Both the position numbers and the translations under genes were made by a program. Positions 13,446-29,030 of a stretch of 64,000 bases of DNA are shown piece after piece. How positions within the stretch are numbered: position 1 is the stretch's first letter; each line of letters begins with the position of its first letter. This DNA comes from Cycas panzhihuaensis (lineage: Eukaryota > Plantae > Cycadophyta), in NCBI GenBank assembly GCA_023213395.1, contig CM041465.1:161703741-161767740 (forward strand), in the 5' to 3' direction. The notes below the pieces were generated by a model. The model did not search any database. It saw only the letters and a list, made by a program, of their open reading frames with translations, and had not been told where the DNA came from.

Positions 13446-13761
13446 TGGTATACTTAGTAGGAGGTCTTCTTCATTAACACCTTGAGGTTTTAGTGTAACG
13501 ATTCATTACAAGTGTATCAAAGACAAGACCCAAGTTCAAATCGTATAGGGATAATACCACTTATAAGGGTAGTAGAGTGACACGCCAAATATTGCCAATG
13601 CATAAAATGTCATCGTAGTTGGTGCCTGTGGGATATATGAATGCCAATAAATATAGGACTAGACAGGTCTAGCCTATTCAACCTAATGGGAGGTAATGGT
13701 ATACTTGGTGGGGGACCCTTTTCACTAACACCTTAAGGTTTTGGTATAATGGTTTATTACA
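13446..13761 (+). mobile_element. Second TRIM (316 bp), LTRs related to the 3423-3723 element
   Basis: 65-bp LTRs at 13446-13510 and 13697-13761; degenerate PBS AGTGTATCAAAGAC; PPT GGGAGG; flanks GGTAA and AGTAA (4/5 TSD match). Confidence 0.85.
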
Positions 13762-16110
13762 AGTAAAAAGCATACAAAGTATATGAAACTATTGGGAACC
13801 AAGCATACATCACTCAAGATATAATATTTGCTAAAGATACGCAAGACTTGAATCCCTTATAAATTTAGTTTGTAATATAAAATGATGTTGGTGTACTTTA
13901 AGTGCCTCTTGCACTAATTCTTAAACCATTAGTACCCACATCCTCCTACATACTAAGTCCATCCTCAATTCCAATAGCCTTAACATCCACGTCAAATGCT
14001 AGCACATTAATGCCACCTATATCAATTGATGATATTTAAGTAGAGGCTACTAGTTTTCAACCACCTCTTAAGTGGATATAATATTTGCTAAAGGATTCTC
14101 CTCCTCCTCCTACAACTCTCAAAAGAGAGTTTAGAATGAGACACTCCATCAATTATACCTGAATGGCACATGTCTTTGAGACCTCTGAGCCTTCTACATT
14201 TGAGGAGGTAATCAAAGACCAAACATAGAAAGCAATAATAGATGAAGAGATGAACTCTATTCTTAAGCACAATACATGAGAGCTAACAAAACTACCACCT
14301 AGAAAGAAAGCAATTGACTGTCAATGGCTTTACAAGACTAGATTCTATGTCAATAGTGCCATTGAGCATCATAAAGCTTGTTTAGTTATAAGAGGTTTCA
14401 AATAGAAAGAGGGGATTGACTATGATGAGGCCTTTACACTGGTTACCAACATAACCACATTTTGTTTGGTTATATCTCTTGCAGTTCAATTTAACTGGCT
14501 CATGTACCAAATATATGTGAAGAGTACTTTCCTGAATGGAGAGCTCATAAAAAAGATTTTCTTGAAGGAAAACTCATGTTATTTATTGTTCCTAATAAAG
14601 AAAACTTAGTTTGTAAGCTTAAAAGATCCCTATATAGATTGAAATAGGTACCTAATGAGTGGCATACTAAGATTGATGCCATTTTCATAAAGCATAGATT
14701 CACTCATTCACCCTTTGATTCATATATATACATTTCAATTAAAGGCAACTTGATCAAAATCGTTGTGCTCTATATGGATGACTCAGCAATCACTAGTAAT
14801 AACAATGAAGTTATAACTTAGTACTCTAAATTAAATAGCAACTTTAAGATGACAGATCTTGGGTTATTATACTACTTCCTTAGCATTGAAATATGGTAGG
14901 AGCTTGGTCACATATTCTTGTCACAATCAAAGTATTCTAATAAACTCTTACAGTAGTTCAGAATGACTAACTACAAGCTTGCTCCAATTCCAATAGAAAC
15001 ATAAACCAAGCTCAACATGGATGAATAAGGAAAGCCCTTTGATCCTATATTGTACTAGCAGTTAGTTGGGAGCCTCATCTACCTCATTCATAATCATCTA
15101 GACATCTCTTATATAGTTGGGATCTACTCTAGGTATATGTCACAACCCAAATTATCCTATTAGAAGGCTACCACTAGAACTCTCAAGTACATCTATGGCA
15201 CATATCAGTTTGGACTTGACTACAATAAAATTGAATCTCCTATCCTAAAAGGATACATAGATGTTATTTGGGTAGGTTTCTAAGGCGCTTGCTATTCAAC
15301 ATTAAGATACTCTTTTGATATAAACTCATCTTCAATCTCTTAGAGCTATAAGAAATAGCCTAATGTTGCTCTTTCCTCCATCAAAGTTGAATATAAAGAA
15401 ATTGTCCATGCCACCGCAGAGTTAATTTGGGTTATAAGAATTCTTATTGAGCTTGGACTTAAATAGACTACAACTATTATTCTCTATTGTGACAATTAAA
15501 GTGTGTTAAAAATGATAAAAAATTTTGTTTTCCATGCTAGAACTAAGCACATAGAGATCCATCATCACTTCATCTACGAACATGTTCAAAACAGAGAAGT
15601 TAACCTTGTATACTGGCTAACTAAGGACTAGGTTATAGATATCTTCACCAAAGTACTTAGCAAACTGGAGTTTAAAAGGTTCTGGTATAACCTCGATGTT
15701 AAATCCAATGAAGTTGTCATTAAGGGAGGGTGTTAAAACATCTAATAACCCCTTATTGTAGTTTATTTTACATGTAATTATACCCTTTGTATCATAGGGT
15801 GAGACTCCCTTTATAAATTAAAATGTAATTTATAATTTGATTAGGATTGCCTCCTTTGCTACTAAGTTAACTAATTATATTATTTATGTTTGGGTATCAT
15901 ATGCTTATAAATTAAGCATGATCCCTTCATTTGTACATTGTACTTTTGATATATGCAGAAGCTCTGCCAAAATTTAGATGCATGGTGTAACTAATTTATC
16001 CATAACACATTCCTGTAATCACTTTTCTCTAATGTTCTCTATTAATCTTAGTTTTTGCTTCTGATTTATTTGAATGCACATGTTATATAACCCTGTTGAT
16101 AAATTTGACA
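13762..16110 (+). mobile_element. Decayed Ty1/copia 3' half: SH3-like region, RT, RNase H, PPT and 3' LTR (15731-16110)
   Basis: KAYKVY..ITQDIIF; EGIDYDEAF; VKSTFLNGEL; VLYMDD (~14765); FHARTKHIEIHHHFI (~15530); DIFTK; PPT TAAGGGAGGG followed by TGTTAAA...TTTGACA. Confidence 0.92.
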
Positions 16111-16585
16111 GATAATTTATTACCTACTTAAGGGAATGTGAACTACAATATGATTCAAGCTAATCTAAGTTTCTTAAGTTTTTATGGATGGACCTGTGTT
16201 TCCCAAGCTAGTAAGTTATATCTATAGAGATTGTGTAGCTAAAAATATACTTAAACTTGGTGATGTATTGAATCTTATCTAAGAAACAATATACTCAAAT
16301 ATTTATTCAAAATAAAACTTGTTGAAACCATTTTATTCATAAAGATCTTAGAGGGTCATCTTTAAAACATTTTGGATTTGATTATAGATATGGTTATTGT
16401 TTCAATTACCTATGCCCTCCCTTGGACTACAACTAAGTCTCTTACCTTATATTTATTGCAAAGGTTTGACTGATTGATTACATGGTAGTGTAGAGACTAC
16501 TTAGCATCGCAAGTACTTGAAATCACACTGACTACACTTATGTCTGACTTATATTGCTAAGGATTAAAAGATCATTATAGTGTCC

Positions 16586-19500
16586 TATTTCTCGGCTACT
16601 GAGAATGGACATGGGCGACTTGACTCAGGTAAGTTTAGGTATGCTTCTATCTCCCTTTTCATTAGTGGTTAATCGAGGCTCATCATGCACATTGCATCTT
16701 GATTGATTGACTACATGATCATTATGCATTGTTTGCCTATTCATAATGCACCTCAACACTTTTAGCCTATGAAGACTAGGGATACATATCCCATGGCACT
16801 CCACAACCCTCCGCCGAGTCTCCACAATGTCTTCAAGCACTTCTGATTCTTGTAGCCCGTTACACATCATTTATTGGTGTGACATAACCCTTAGCACCTT
16901 GCCTAGGCCTGGTTGTCACCTTGTTGGTGCCATTTGTCTCTTTTTGGAGTCCTTGACCATTATTTCATGCCTTCCATGGTCCCTCTAGGTTCCATGACCC
17001 CTCCTTGCCACCTTAGTATTGTAGCATGCTCCCTTAGGGTCTAGGATTCCCCCCTTTTGGGAGTCTTTGGACTCCCCCCTTTCTTTTTTATCTTAATTTT
17101 AGCCACACTGCTGTAAACTTTGTGGTACCACTACAAACTTTGCAATACCATGAAGTTTGCTATGAGGTGACTGTCCATAATCTTTTTTTTATCTGGCCAT
17201 GGTAATTTTGCATTAAATGCAAAATTTCCATGTGGCAACGAGTTGATTCCCACCCAGGGCAAATCCTAATCACTCACTGGGCTAGAGTTAGATTTAAAAA
17301 CCCAAATTTCACTCCATTTCAGCCTCTTCTCACTCACTTTTCTCTCCTCTCTTCTCCACAATCTCTGAATCAGGTTTCAACTCTATTGTACCTGCTTCAC
17401 CTTTCAGTTACTAGCTCCTACAACACAAGAAACGTAGTTTGTAGGTCTATAGAAGGGCTGGATGAGGTAGAGTATGCTCCAAGCATTCCACCAATCTCCA
17501 AGCTTCACCTTTCTCATAGGTTTTGCTCCTCTTCTGTTGTACTGTAGGGGTTTTCTAGCAACCCCCTAAGGGAACTCTCCTTCTCACATGGTTTTCCTAG
17601 TACATCTGCCATAGATCTACCCTTACTAGGTACTTTCAGATCTATTTTCACTTGTTTCTTCCATATCATAGATATTCTTCTACTAGTCTCTTCATGTGAG
17701 AAGTCTTTTTTTCTTCTTTTCTGTTGTGTTGGGAGGCAATCCTTCCTTCTTACTTGCTTATATACTTCCTCCCCCAAGTTCTTTTTAGGTCTTCTTAAGG
17801 AGGTAGTAGGAAAAGAGGTTCATGAGAGAGTGAAAGAAGTCTTAGGTAGGGTTCCACACCCACACGGCTTCTCGTTAAGGTTATCCCCCTACTCTCCTTC
17901 CATTTTCCTTCTCCATACCTTTCTTGTTTACTCGAGAAACTATTGGGATGGAAACTTCTGTTGATTATAGCATAGACAATCATTTGCTATGCTTGTAACC
18001 AGCCACTAAGGATCATATATAGCCTAGTTTTCAGCCCTGCTTCATACCTTTTCAGCTTTGGGGCTTACTCTTGCATAGACTTGGAAAAGTTGCACTTGTA
18101 ACTTTTGCGACATTTATGATTTTTACAGCTTTCTTGCTATCATTTTATTTACTTACAAAAACCTATCTTGCACCTATTATTGAGTAGTCTTGGTCCTCTT
18201 AGCTATTAGCTTGGGTGCTTAGAGAACGTGTAGAGCATTTAGTAGGAGGGATAACCATTCTAAGGCTATCCATTTTCTTCCCTTTTTACCCCCTCTTTCC
18301 CATATCAATTGTTGGTTTTGCATATAAAGTATAAACAATACTAACATTACATATTTGCTACTTGGTAGATATTTGTTAAGTATATTTTATTTTACTCCTT
18401 TTCCCTTAAAAAGGAATATATATATATATATATATATATATCCTTGCATGTACTTGCTCCCACACATATCCAATGCCCCTTGGGAAAGGGCAAACTTGTG
18501 TTGTGTGGGTTTCTTGTGCTTTGGAGTGAACGGAAGCCTTCATTACAGGTACACTTTCTTTTCTTGGTTGTTACCATTGTGATGCTTTAAAACTCCAAGT
18601 ACAAGTATTCTATTCTTTTTTCCTTTCTGTTTCTTTTATGTTTAAGTTTTAGGGGAAGGTAAGGAAGCCCCCTTTTCGTTAATGCCCCTTTCACTATGCC
18701 ATCAACGACAAGACGCGTCAAGGAGGAGAGCTTGGATCGTGAAAAAAGTAAGGGAGACGCTACACTAACCGCCTGATTCCTGGGTACATTTCCTTACCTT
18801 GTCTTTCCTATTCTCACCCTTCTCTCCCCCCCTCTTTTATGCCTCCAAAATGAAAAGAAAGATGAAAGGATTGTATTATTTACATCCTATTGGTTGCTAT
18901 TGCTTGTTTCATTTAGATTACATAGTGGGAATTAGCTAACTCACACTAATAGCTACCACTTCTTTTAGTCACACACTCACTTATTTTCCTCCTCACCTAA
19001 ACTCGCATTTCCACTAGGATTTAGGTAAGGTGGGTTGAGCATTCATCCATTGGAACTGCATTTCCTCTTCACATATCGTCGAGTAGGTTTGCATTTCTCA
19101 TTCGTACCCTTTTTTCCTTAGCAGTTTGCTTGCCCTTTTTCTTCCCTTGTTCATAAAGGATAAAGAAAAGGAGGCCAATACCTAAGAAAAAGAAAGAGAG
19201 TGCATTATTTTTTTTTAATTTTATTTCTTGTATTTATAAGAAACAAACATAAACAACGATAACCTTCACCCCTACATCACCTTACTACATAATGAAAATA
19301 AATGTAGGGATAACTTACTTTGTTTATTTGCCACACCTAACCCTATTTTAGATGTGGCACCTTAGAAGTACCCCCTCTCAAGGTTATCTTTCTTTTCCAT
19401 TGCCAAATCCTTCCTTGGCTTTCCCCTTTAGCTCAAACTTAGTCTATCAACCCAACTTCCCCTTTGTTTACTCATGATTCTAGTCACTCTAGGCCTATGC

Positions 19501-19859
19501 GTGAGTCTTTTCTTCTTTCCATTAGGGCTTGCTTCACTCATTCCACTCTTTACAAGAAGAGGTGTGCCATCACCTTAGCCTCCCTTCCTTATCCATCCAA
19601 GATGGGAGGGCCCTCCTAGAGGTTACTCATCCAACCAAGGAGATCCCTCTTTTGCCCCCAATTCTGAATCGAGGAGGTGTTACTTGGAAGGGAGTTTGTA
19701 TGCTATTCACAGTCCTTGAACCTACATTCTGATGCACATACACCTTTTGTGGATGATCTCTCTCTCTCTCGCTCTTGTAGATCCTTCACCATGAAACCGT
19801 CACTTGTGTTGGCACAATCTCTCTCAGATTTAGTGATCCCCCCCAAAGGTGCAATTCCA
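16586..19859. mobile_element. Giant solo LTR (3274 bp), family X copy 1
   Basis: Termini TA(<TG)TTTCTCGG...AATTCCA with perfect TSD TGTCC (16581-16585 and 19860-19864). Removing it restores continuity with the empty site at ~38280-38295 (reverse strand). Homologous to 52093-55151. Confidence 0.85.
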
Positions 19860-22800
19860 TGTCCAATGAATGAAAACCCACTTAAAGTGTCATTAATTCA
19901 TTCATCTTATTAAACAAGTTGATGATCATTTGACATGATTTCCTCTTTGGTTACCTCTCTTTTGACTTATTTGACTCTTTGTTGGGCTAAATGAATTATT
20001 GGTAATACCTTTTCCCTTAAAAATTTTTAAATTCTATCAAAAAATCTCTTTCTTTTTACTCAAAGGCTAGATTGTGTTTTTCATCTTAACCAAATTTGTG
20101 ATCACATTTTTTGTCTTAGCCCAAAAACACAACCTCCTTAATAAAATGAGATCTCTTTATAACTAAAAATTGGGGCTCAATTTCCATTACATTTTAAATT
20201 CATTTTTCATCATGTTTTTCACTTTATCGTAATTTTCACTTTATTGGTTGTGTTTTTCACAATATATTACATTTTTCAACTGTCTTCACTCAAAAAAAAA
20301 AAAAACCAATAACTAGCTACTGATTTGGCTACCTAATTTTCCTTCTTGTGGGTGATCATAACTCACCTTCACTTCATTTTCACCCTCGATTTTATCCATT
20401 TCTCATTTTATAAAGAGATTTTCTTCTTTGAAGAGTTTCTTCTTCTTCTTTTAGGAGTTTTTTAGAGAAAAAAGTCTTGAAAAGTTTGTTAAAATGATAG
20501 GATTTACTCAAAATAAGTGACCCTAGATCCTTATAGCTCTTAATAGAAGTCCCAATATCTTTTTATTTATATGTTTATACTTTGGAATTCAATCTTAAGG
20601 AGATTTTGGAAGGAATATCAAAGAATTTGACTAGCCTTTTTATGAAGAATTCAAGCAAGTGGAGTGCCTCCTTCACACTCACTTGTATCTCCATCATTTC
20701 CAACAAGCATTTGGGAGTTCCAAACTTAAGTCATCTCCTTTTTTTCTTCTATTTTCCTCCTCTCCATCTCCTCCTTTTCTCTCACTCTTTCTTTCCTTCT
20801 TCTCAAGATTGCTCTCTTTTATTTCCTTCCCACCTCTTTTTGTTCGTATCACCTAATTTGATAGAACAATTTAAGAGTCACTCATTAGGTAAGGACATTA
20901 ATCTAAGGCACTCATTTAGTCCATCCTCAAGGTTTCTTTGGTAAATTTATTTACTCTTTATTTCTTTTAGTTTATTTACTTACTTTTTTGAAGAAAGGTA
21001 GTGATAAGAGGAATAGGTTTGATGAGCTTGTCTTTTAAATCCTTTTGTTTGACTATCATTAAGTCTTTTATTGATCTTTGGAAGTGCATACTTTTTTTTC
21101 TTTCCTAAGTAGATTAATATCTAATAAAAAACACTTCTTTAGACTTGTATCCTTCTTCATCACAAAAGAGGCTTTGGGAATTCCCTATTATAATCTTGTA
21201 AATGTTTAACCTTTTATGTTGAGAATTCTCTTTAGGTATAATCACTCCTTTTGGCTTATATTGCAACTTTAACTAGTTGGCTCATATAAAGACAAACATA
21301 ATAAGTCTTTCTAAGTAAGTCTCTTTACTATTCACTTTTACTTTCATAATAAAGAGTTTAAATCTCCATGTGCAAAATAAAAAAAGTAACTTCTTGAGCT
21401 AGGATAATTGTAAGAATAACAAAAGGACCCTTTTTATTTCTCTAAGTGTTATTTTATTTTTAAAAAAGGAATCAGGAACATACCTCCTCAAAACTAAGTG
21501 TCATTTTTCCTTGAGAAAGGAATAAAACTAAGAAAGAATTTATCTTACATCACTTTATATTCAAAAGGACACAAAAGAATTTGAATTCTTATGATCATTT
21601 AGGTTGTATTCATAAGAAAAGGAACATTTTGAACCCTAATTGCATTTTTGTCATTCAAAGAAAAGAGAAAAGAATATATAAGATGCATTAACATCAGGCA
21701 TTTTGGTTCCATTTAAATAACAAGAATAAAAAAGTATTTAGGACTATTTTACACTACTTGCCTTTACTCCATTAAAAGAAAAAAAAAAGATATAGCATTT
21801 AAGTTGCATTTGCATTACTTATATTTAAAAAAAAAAAGTGTTCATAGATACATATATTTAGCTTGCATTAGCTTCATATTACTTTGTTTTATGTTTTACA
21901 TTTAAATAGCTTACACATGCAATATATAAGTGCATACAGATTTACATTTAGGGTTAGTTACTTATTTGTCCTCTTTTTTTTATGAACCTCTGTAAAGATA
22001 GTTAATTAAATTATTAAGCGAATAGGTGCTTTGAATAGTTGCAACTTTTTTTGAAAAGGGCCTATTATATACATATAAATATGTCCTTAAATGTACTATA
22101 AAATATCACTTATTTATCAATCAACTTATTGGTCTATTTGACTATTTAATATTTCAAGCACACTTGTGTACTATCCGTTATTCTCTCAAGTTATGCAAAA
22201 AGTCTATAACAAGTGGTATTAGAGCAAATTAATCATGTTTACACTCTAGTGGAATCCTAGTTCCATATTTCTTGTATATTATCTATCATGACATAAAAAA
22301 ACCATAATCTTGCTATTGTAAAAATCTAATTGATATAATATCTTTGCATTGACTATGGTGGATTCCTACCAATGCAATTTACACACCTTCAATCTGCAAG
22401 AGAAGATATTATAATAATAATCTATGTTTTATCAGTATGCCCTAATGTAATCCATACATCCCAATCTTTCGTGGAGGATATTGCTATAATAATCTATAGT
22501 ATTCCAATAATCTACATTGTGTCAAACATCTACTGACATAATATCTTCATCTACCATATCTTTGATGCATTATATCTTCGTCTTCTACCTTCTATTAATA
22601 TTCTATCAGCCAACATGTTATTGATCCAGTTGACTTTTTACATCAGTCCACTCTCTCCTTCATCTCCATCTTCCATCCTATATGTCATCTCCTTCTCCCT
22701 CTTCTTCCATGACTACCCTCTATCATTTGTTGAGTATGGGTTCTCTCCATACAAGAGAGTCAATTACTTATCACCCTTAGCAAGGATATAAGTTGATTGT

Positions 22801-23670
22801 TAATTACTCTTACATGGAAATATTCACATATACTATTAACATACTTGCCCATTTTTCTTGTTCCTGTGTAGTATATTTACATCATCAAAACCTATACTAG
22901 GCAACAAAATAATTTATTTTTCATAAAAATATTTGTTATACTATAGCTATTCTTACATCACCTTAGTCCTCGTCTTCTTTGTTGTCATCATCATTGTCAT
23001 TGCTATTAGAAATGTCAACATGGTGAGTGAGAAGTTGATGATCATTATTGTATCAAGTCTTTTATTTCATATATTTTATATATTTGCTTATACCATTATT
23101 TACATTTGTTCATTGTCCTCACATTCATCACATTATATTTTATTTTTATCGTAATTCATTATAATTAGAATACATACATAATATTACACGATATACATCT
23201 TGCTGTTATTTTTTTAATCAATTTTCCTTAGAGTAACGATCCAAACAAGTATACCAACCCCATCAATGGTCAATACATAAGCTTGCTATTGGTTAAGTAG
23301 GACAAATTCAGTACAATGTGTATTATTTAAAATTGTGAATAATAGTATTTTAGAAAAGGAGAACTAGCAATCCCTTTTGTTATGATATAACATTTCCTCA
23401 ACTCCTCCATATCCACATTACTGGGTTGTTAGCTCGTATTAATCAGGTAATACAGTGTTTCATCACTACATAATTTGTTGTGTCCACAAAAAAGACATTG
23501 TCACTCAACCTTCATTAATATATATATGTCCCTAAAATATCTACTTAGTTTCGACTTTCTTTTCTGACCATATAAAGTATAATCTATCACTAATAAATCT
23601 GTAATGTCAGCATAAATTTATTCAACATACATCATATTTATACTATTTTTGTGATAAAATTTTGATGTCT

Positions 23671-24998
<1,328 letters not shown>

Positions 24999-25443
24999 TG
25001 TTGGAAAATAAACCTGCAATAAGATATTGACAAACAAAACAGAACACCTCCACAGGATCGAACGGTACCCTTAAGGTACCTCAAATTGTATTAACAAAAC
25101 ATCCTTATAACAACATTACAATATGATACACTATGTTGTGTATTTATAGTACATGTCAATATAGAGAGAGTAGGGCCCACTTGCATGTGGGACAAAATAA
25201 ATGTGCATTATCAATATTCCAACACTCCCCCTTAATACACATTTGGGTCATTTGTATTTGCAACACTTTGTACTTGGAAATGTCTTGAGAATGATGTCTT
25301 CAACTTGATCCTTGTCTTTAATCTTGTAGTGATGTCTTTGTTGTAGAATGATGTCTTCATCTTGATTTTCGTCTCCAATTCTGTACTGATGCCTTTGTAA
25401 GTGTAGGAATATATAGTTTGCAAGACTATGCTCTGATACTAAA

Positions 25444-25851
25444 TGAAGGAATAATAATATTTGCAGGAGAACAGGTCAGAACATATATCAAACAACCATA
25501 AACCAATATTGCATCAATGTATCAATGTATCACATTCACAATAGCATAAACACATGAGAGCCTTGTTGCTCAATCCATTGTAGTAGAAATGAGCATTACA
25601 AATCTCCTCAAAGAAGGCAGTGTCTAAAGACACTAGGGTTGTACACCCCTTAACATTTATAGTTTGGGGGAGGAGGGAAACTCCTCAACCCCTGAATTCA
25701 AAATAATAATAAAATAATCTTCACTTAACTCAAATGTAACTAACTCAACTTACCTTAACTTACCTTGACATGTTGAGCATTACATATCTAAATTGAGGTG
25801 CACAAGCCTGGTAGGTAAGAGGGAGTTGAGTGATGATATTACACTCCAACA
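25444..25851 (-). mobile_element. Internal LTR of a second copia family (408 bp) with its own PPT and PBS
   Basis: Termini TGAAGGA...TCCAACA. TTCTCTCCCTT (PPT on the minus strand) abuts the right end; GCTCTGATACTA (PBS on the minus strand, 25430-25441) abuts the left end. Its right 176 bp are repeated at 27870-28045. Confidence 0.75.
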
Positions 25852-26289
25852 TTCTCTCCCTTAATGTTAGCACGAATACTTGTATCTTTTCCTTGAACAT
25901 ATGGAACTGGTACTTGAAAAAAACTTTGAAATTCTGATCTTGATCTTTATCAACTCTTCTCACCCTTATAGTCACATATATCTCTTTATCATAGAATGGT
26001 GTAGGAAAACTATAAGTAGATGAAACTTGATGCAAATGTAGATGAATAGCTATAATTTAGACTTTGTCAATTGGAACATTAAGAAGGCTTTGAACTTGAA
26101 CTTTTGTAATCTTTATGCTTTGAATAACTGTCATATTATCAGGTTCATTCTTTGTCATATCATCAGATTCATTCTTCGTTATGTCATAAGATTCATCTTC
26201 ATGCTCCCCCTCAAATGGAGGATCAAATCCTTGTGCAACAATGTGGTCCTGCATTTGATCTGAATCCTCATGGTTGTTGTCGTCATGAT

Positions 26290-26604
26290 CTATCTGCTCA
26301 CATTACCCACATGCTCATCAAAAATTTCATCAAATACATTGGGGGTATCTCCCCCATAAATGGAAATCAATAAATCCCAAATAGACTTAGATGTTGTTAA
26401 TTCAAAAACTAGTAAAAAAACATCATCAGTCATAATGCAAAATAATAAACCTAAAACTTCATTATCTTTTCTAAAATTTTCTTTAATGCTAAGGTCACAT
26501 TCATATTGTAAATACTTTAAAAGATCATGTTCAATAAAGTAAGCTTGCATGGTGTCATACCATAGTGAAAAGTTATGGCCATCAAAAATGGAGAATTGTG
26601 CCAT
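26290..26604 (-). CDS. Copia gag N-terminal domain (DUF4219/UBN2-like), 104 aa
   Basis: FDGHNFSLWYDTMQAYFIEHDLL...TTSKSIWDLL matches the copia gag pattern FDGxNYxxW..M...L....LW / AKEIWD.L. Confidence 0.75.
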   Translation of the reverse strand: MAQFSIFDGHNFSLWYDTMQAYFIEHDLLKYLQYECDLSIKENFRKDNEVLGLLFCIMTDDVFLLVFELTTSKSIWDLLISIYGGDTPNVFDEIFDEHVGNVSR

Positions 26605-28229
26605 TTTGAAAGCAATGTGATCAATAAGAAAATAATGATGCGTTTGAAAGTAAACTTAAAAAATCTTTTTCACTTATGCAAAACTGAAATAAACTTTTGA
26701 GAATGAAATATAAAGAGTTTTCAAAAATACCAATTTCTCAAATGAGTAAATATAAATCTTCAATGTAAGAAAAACTTTCCCTTCTTGTATAAAGAATAAC
26801 TTTTCTTTGAGAAAAATATATATTGCCTTATAAATAAATGCTAGTTTAAAACAACTTAAAATGCTTGTAGAAAGATCAAGTAGAAACCTTGAGTTAAACA
26901 ATGAGATATAAACTAGAATTTTCTTAAAACTTTTGAAAAAAGACAAGCTTATAAGGATGTACTTGTATGCTCAATTTTAATAGCTTGAAAACTATACTGA
27001 ATAATGTCAGAATAACTTAAAATTCTACCAATATGTAGATTAATAAGATGTGAATCCAATGAAACTAACGGTTTTAAAAACGGGTACCAATAAATCATGA
27101 TTTGAATGATGCAAAGGTATAGACCTCCTTATGGGGCCTAACTGGAGCAGGGTAGACAAAATTGCATAAAATTACTAATTAACTTTTAGAAAATGTTGAA
27201 AAAAAGGAACAAATATTATTTATGAAATTGTTTAATGTACTTTCAATTAAAAATCTTTGAAAAATATATTAAAAAATGTGTAAAAATAGCAGATTTGAAG
27301 CAATAAGGTACCTCAACTTTGACTGATTTGAAATATAGGAAAAATATATCAAAATATATAGAAAAATATGTCAAAATGAAGAGAAATGAATCAGCTTCCC
27401 AAAAAAGCTGACGGAATTAAAATCTGATATAAAATGAGAACGTTATAGTGAAAATGGTAACAGGTGTCTTTATGTAAAATGTTAAGAAATGGGCAAAAAA
27501 TAACTAAATTTCTAATTTCAGCGATTAAAATATTAATGAAGATGAACTCAAAAAATTGAAGTAAGAAGTGGGTATTGAAGTCTATAGAACACAGATCGCT
27601 ATAGAGGAAATTTGGGCAAAAAATAGTTTATCAGTAATAAATGACAGCCAGTTCTAAAAGTGGTTTTGTTAAAAGTGTAAAAAGACTGAAAATTTGAATG
27701 TATGATGTTAAAATGGCAGAAACAGGTCAAATCGGCACCAAATTAATCATATGACCAGTCAAAATTAGTCTACAAAAAATTTCTGATCTAATGGAGGTAG
27801 TTTCATCTGAAATTGATGCTCCAGCGAAGAGTTATGGCAAAAAAACACTAATAACCCTATAAAATATAAGGAAACCCCTCAACCCCTAAATTCAAAATAA
27901 TAATAAAATAATCTTCACTTAACTCAAATGTAACTAACTCAACTTACCTTAACTTACCTTGACATGTTGAGCATCACATGTCTAAATTGAGGTGCACAAG
28001 CCTGGTAGGTAAGAGGGAGTTGAGTGATGATATTACACTCCAACAGTAAGATGATGTCCTTAGCTTGATTTCCATCTTCAATCATGTAGTGATGATATTG
28101 ATGTAATAGCTCTAGCAAGTGCAAAACCTGATTCTTCATTATGACTAGTCTAATTTGATTGCGATGAAGATCTTGTAAGTAACCATCTTTAAACACAACT
28201 TACTTATCATCATTATCCTGTATAAGTTC

Positions 28230-29030
28230 TTAATCACCATATACAACAGTGATTTCTTCAACCTTAGGAGTGGAATCTTGATCAACTTGCATACTTTTTG
28301 AACTTGAATCAACACTTAAAGAAGGAACATCATTCAAACTTGAATCAATACTTAAAGTAGGAATATCATCAACATAAGGCTTATGCTTTATAGGACCATT
28401 AGATTCATATCCAATGGAGTCATCTATATAAACCTTTATTAACTCATTATTTTCAACATCTTCATTAGTAGTTGTAGTCTCATCAACACATTCAACCATC
28501 GTTTCTTTACATTCAGTAGAAATTTCATCAGTACTCATACCTTCTTCATCTTGACATGTTGTTTCATTAATGTTGATGATATTTTCTTCATTCGTTGTAC
28601 CTATACCATAACTAGCTTTAATTGCTTTTTCAATTATTCGTTGTGTCTCTTCAGGAGTTTGTTCAAATACTTCCCTTAGAAAATCCCAAGCTTCTTTAGC
28701 ATTACTTGCATGTAGAATCATAGGAATAATAAAATGGAATTTGGAAGGAAGATCAACATCATTGAATGCAGCACAAATCATAATGAATGCTTTCCTATCT
28801 TTCTTCTCAAGCATTTCCTTTTCTTCTTCATCATTAGGGATATCATATTCATCAGTAACAATCTTCCATAAACCTCTAGCTATGAATAGACATCTCATTT
28901 TAATTATCCAAAAGAAGTAGTCTTCACTATTGCATTTAGGTACTAGAAGAAATGAATCCCTTAAGTAATATTCATTTGTTTCAGGAGCATATATAACCAC
29001 ATCATTATCCTCCATGATTGTGAATGCCAT
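28230..29030 (-). CDS. Copia gag N-terminal domain with acidic tail, 266 aa open ORF
   Basis: YFFWIIKMRCLFIARGLWKIV..KKDRKAF..ASNAKEAWDFL. No zinc knuckle or protease follows. Confidence 0.85.
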   Translation of the reverse strand: MAFTIMEDNDVVIYAPETNEYYLRDSFLLVPKCNSEDYFFWIIKMRCLFIARGLWKIVTDEYDIPNDEEEKEMLEKKDRKAFIMICAAFNDVDLPSKFHFIIPMILHASNAKEAWDFLREVFEQTPEETQRIIEKAIKASYGIGTTNEENIININETTCQDEEGMSTDEISTECKETMVECVDETTTTNEDVENNELIKVYIDDSIGYESNGPIKHKPYVDDIPTLSIDSSLNDVPSLSVDSSSKSMQVDQDSTPKVEEITVVYGD

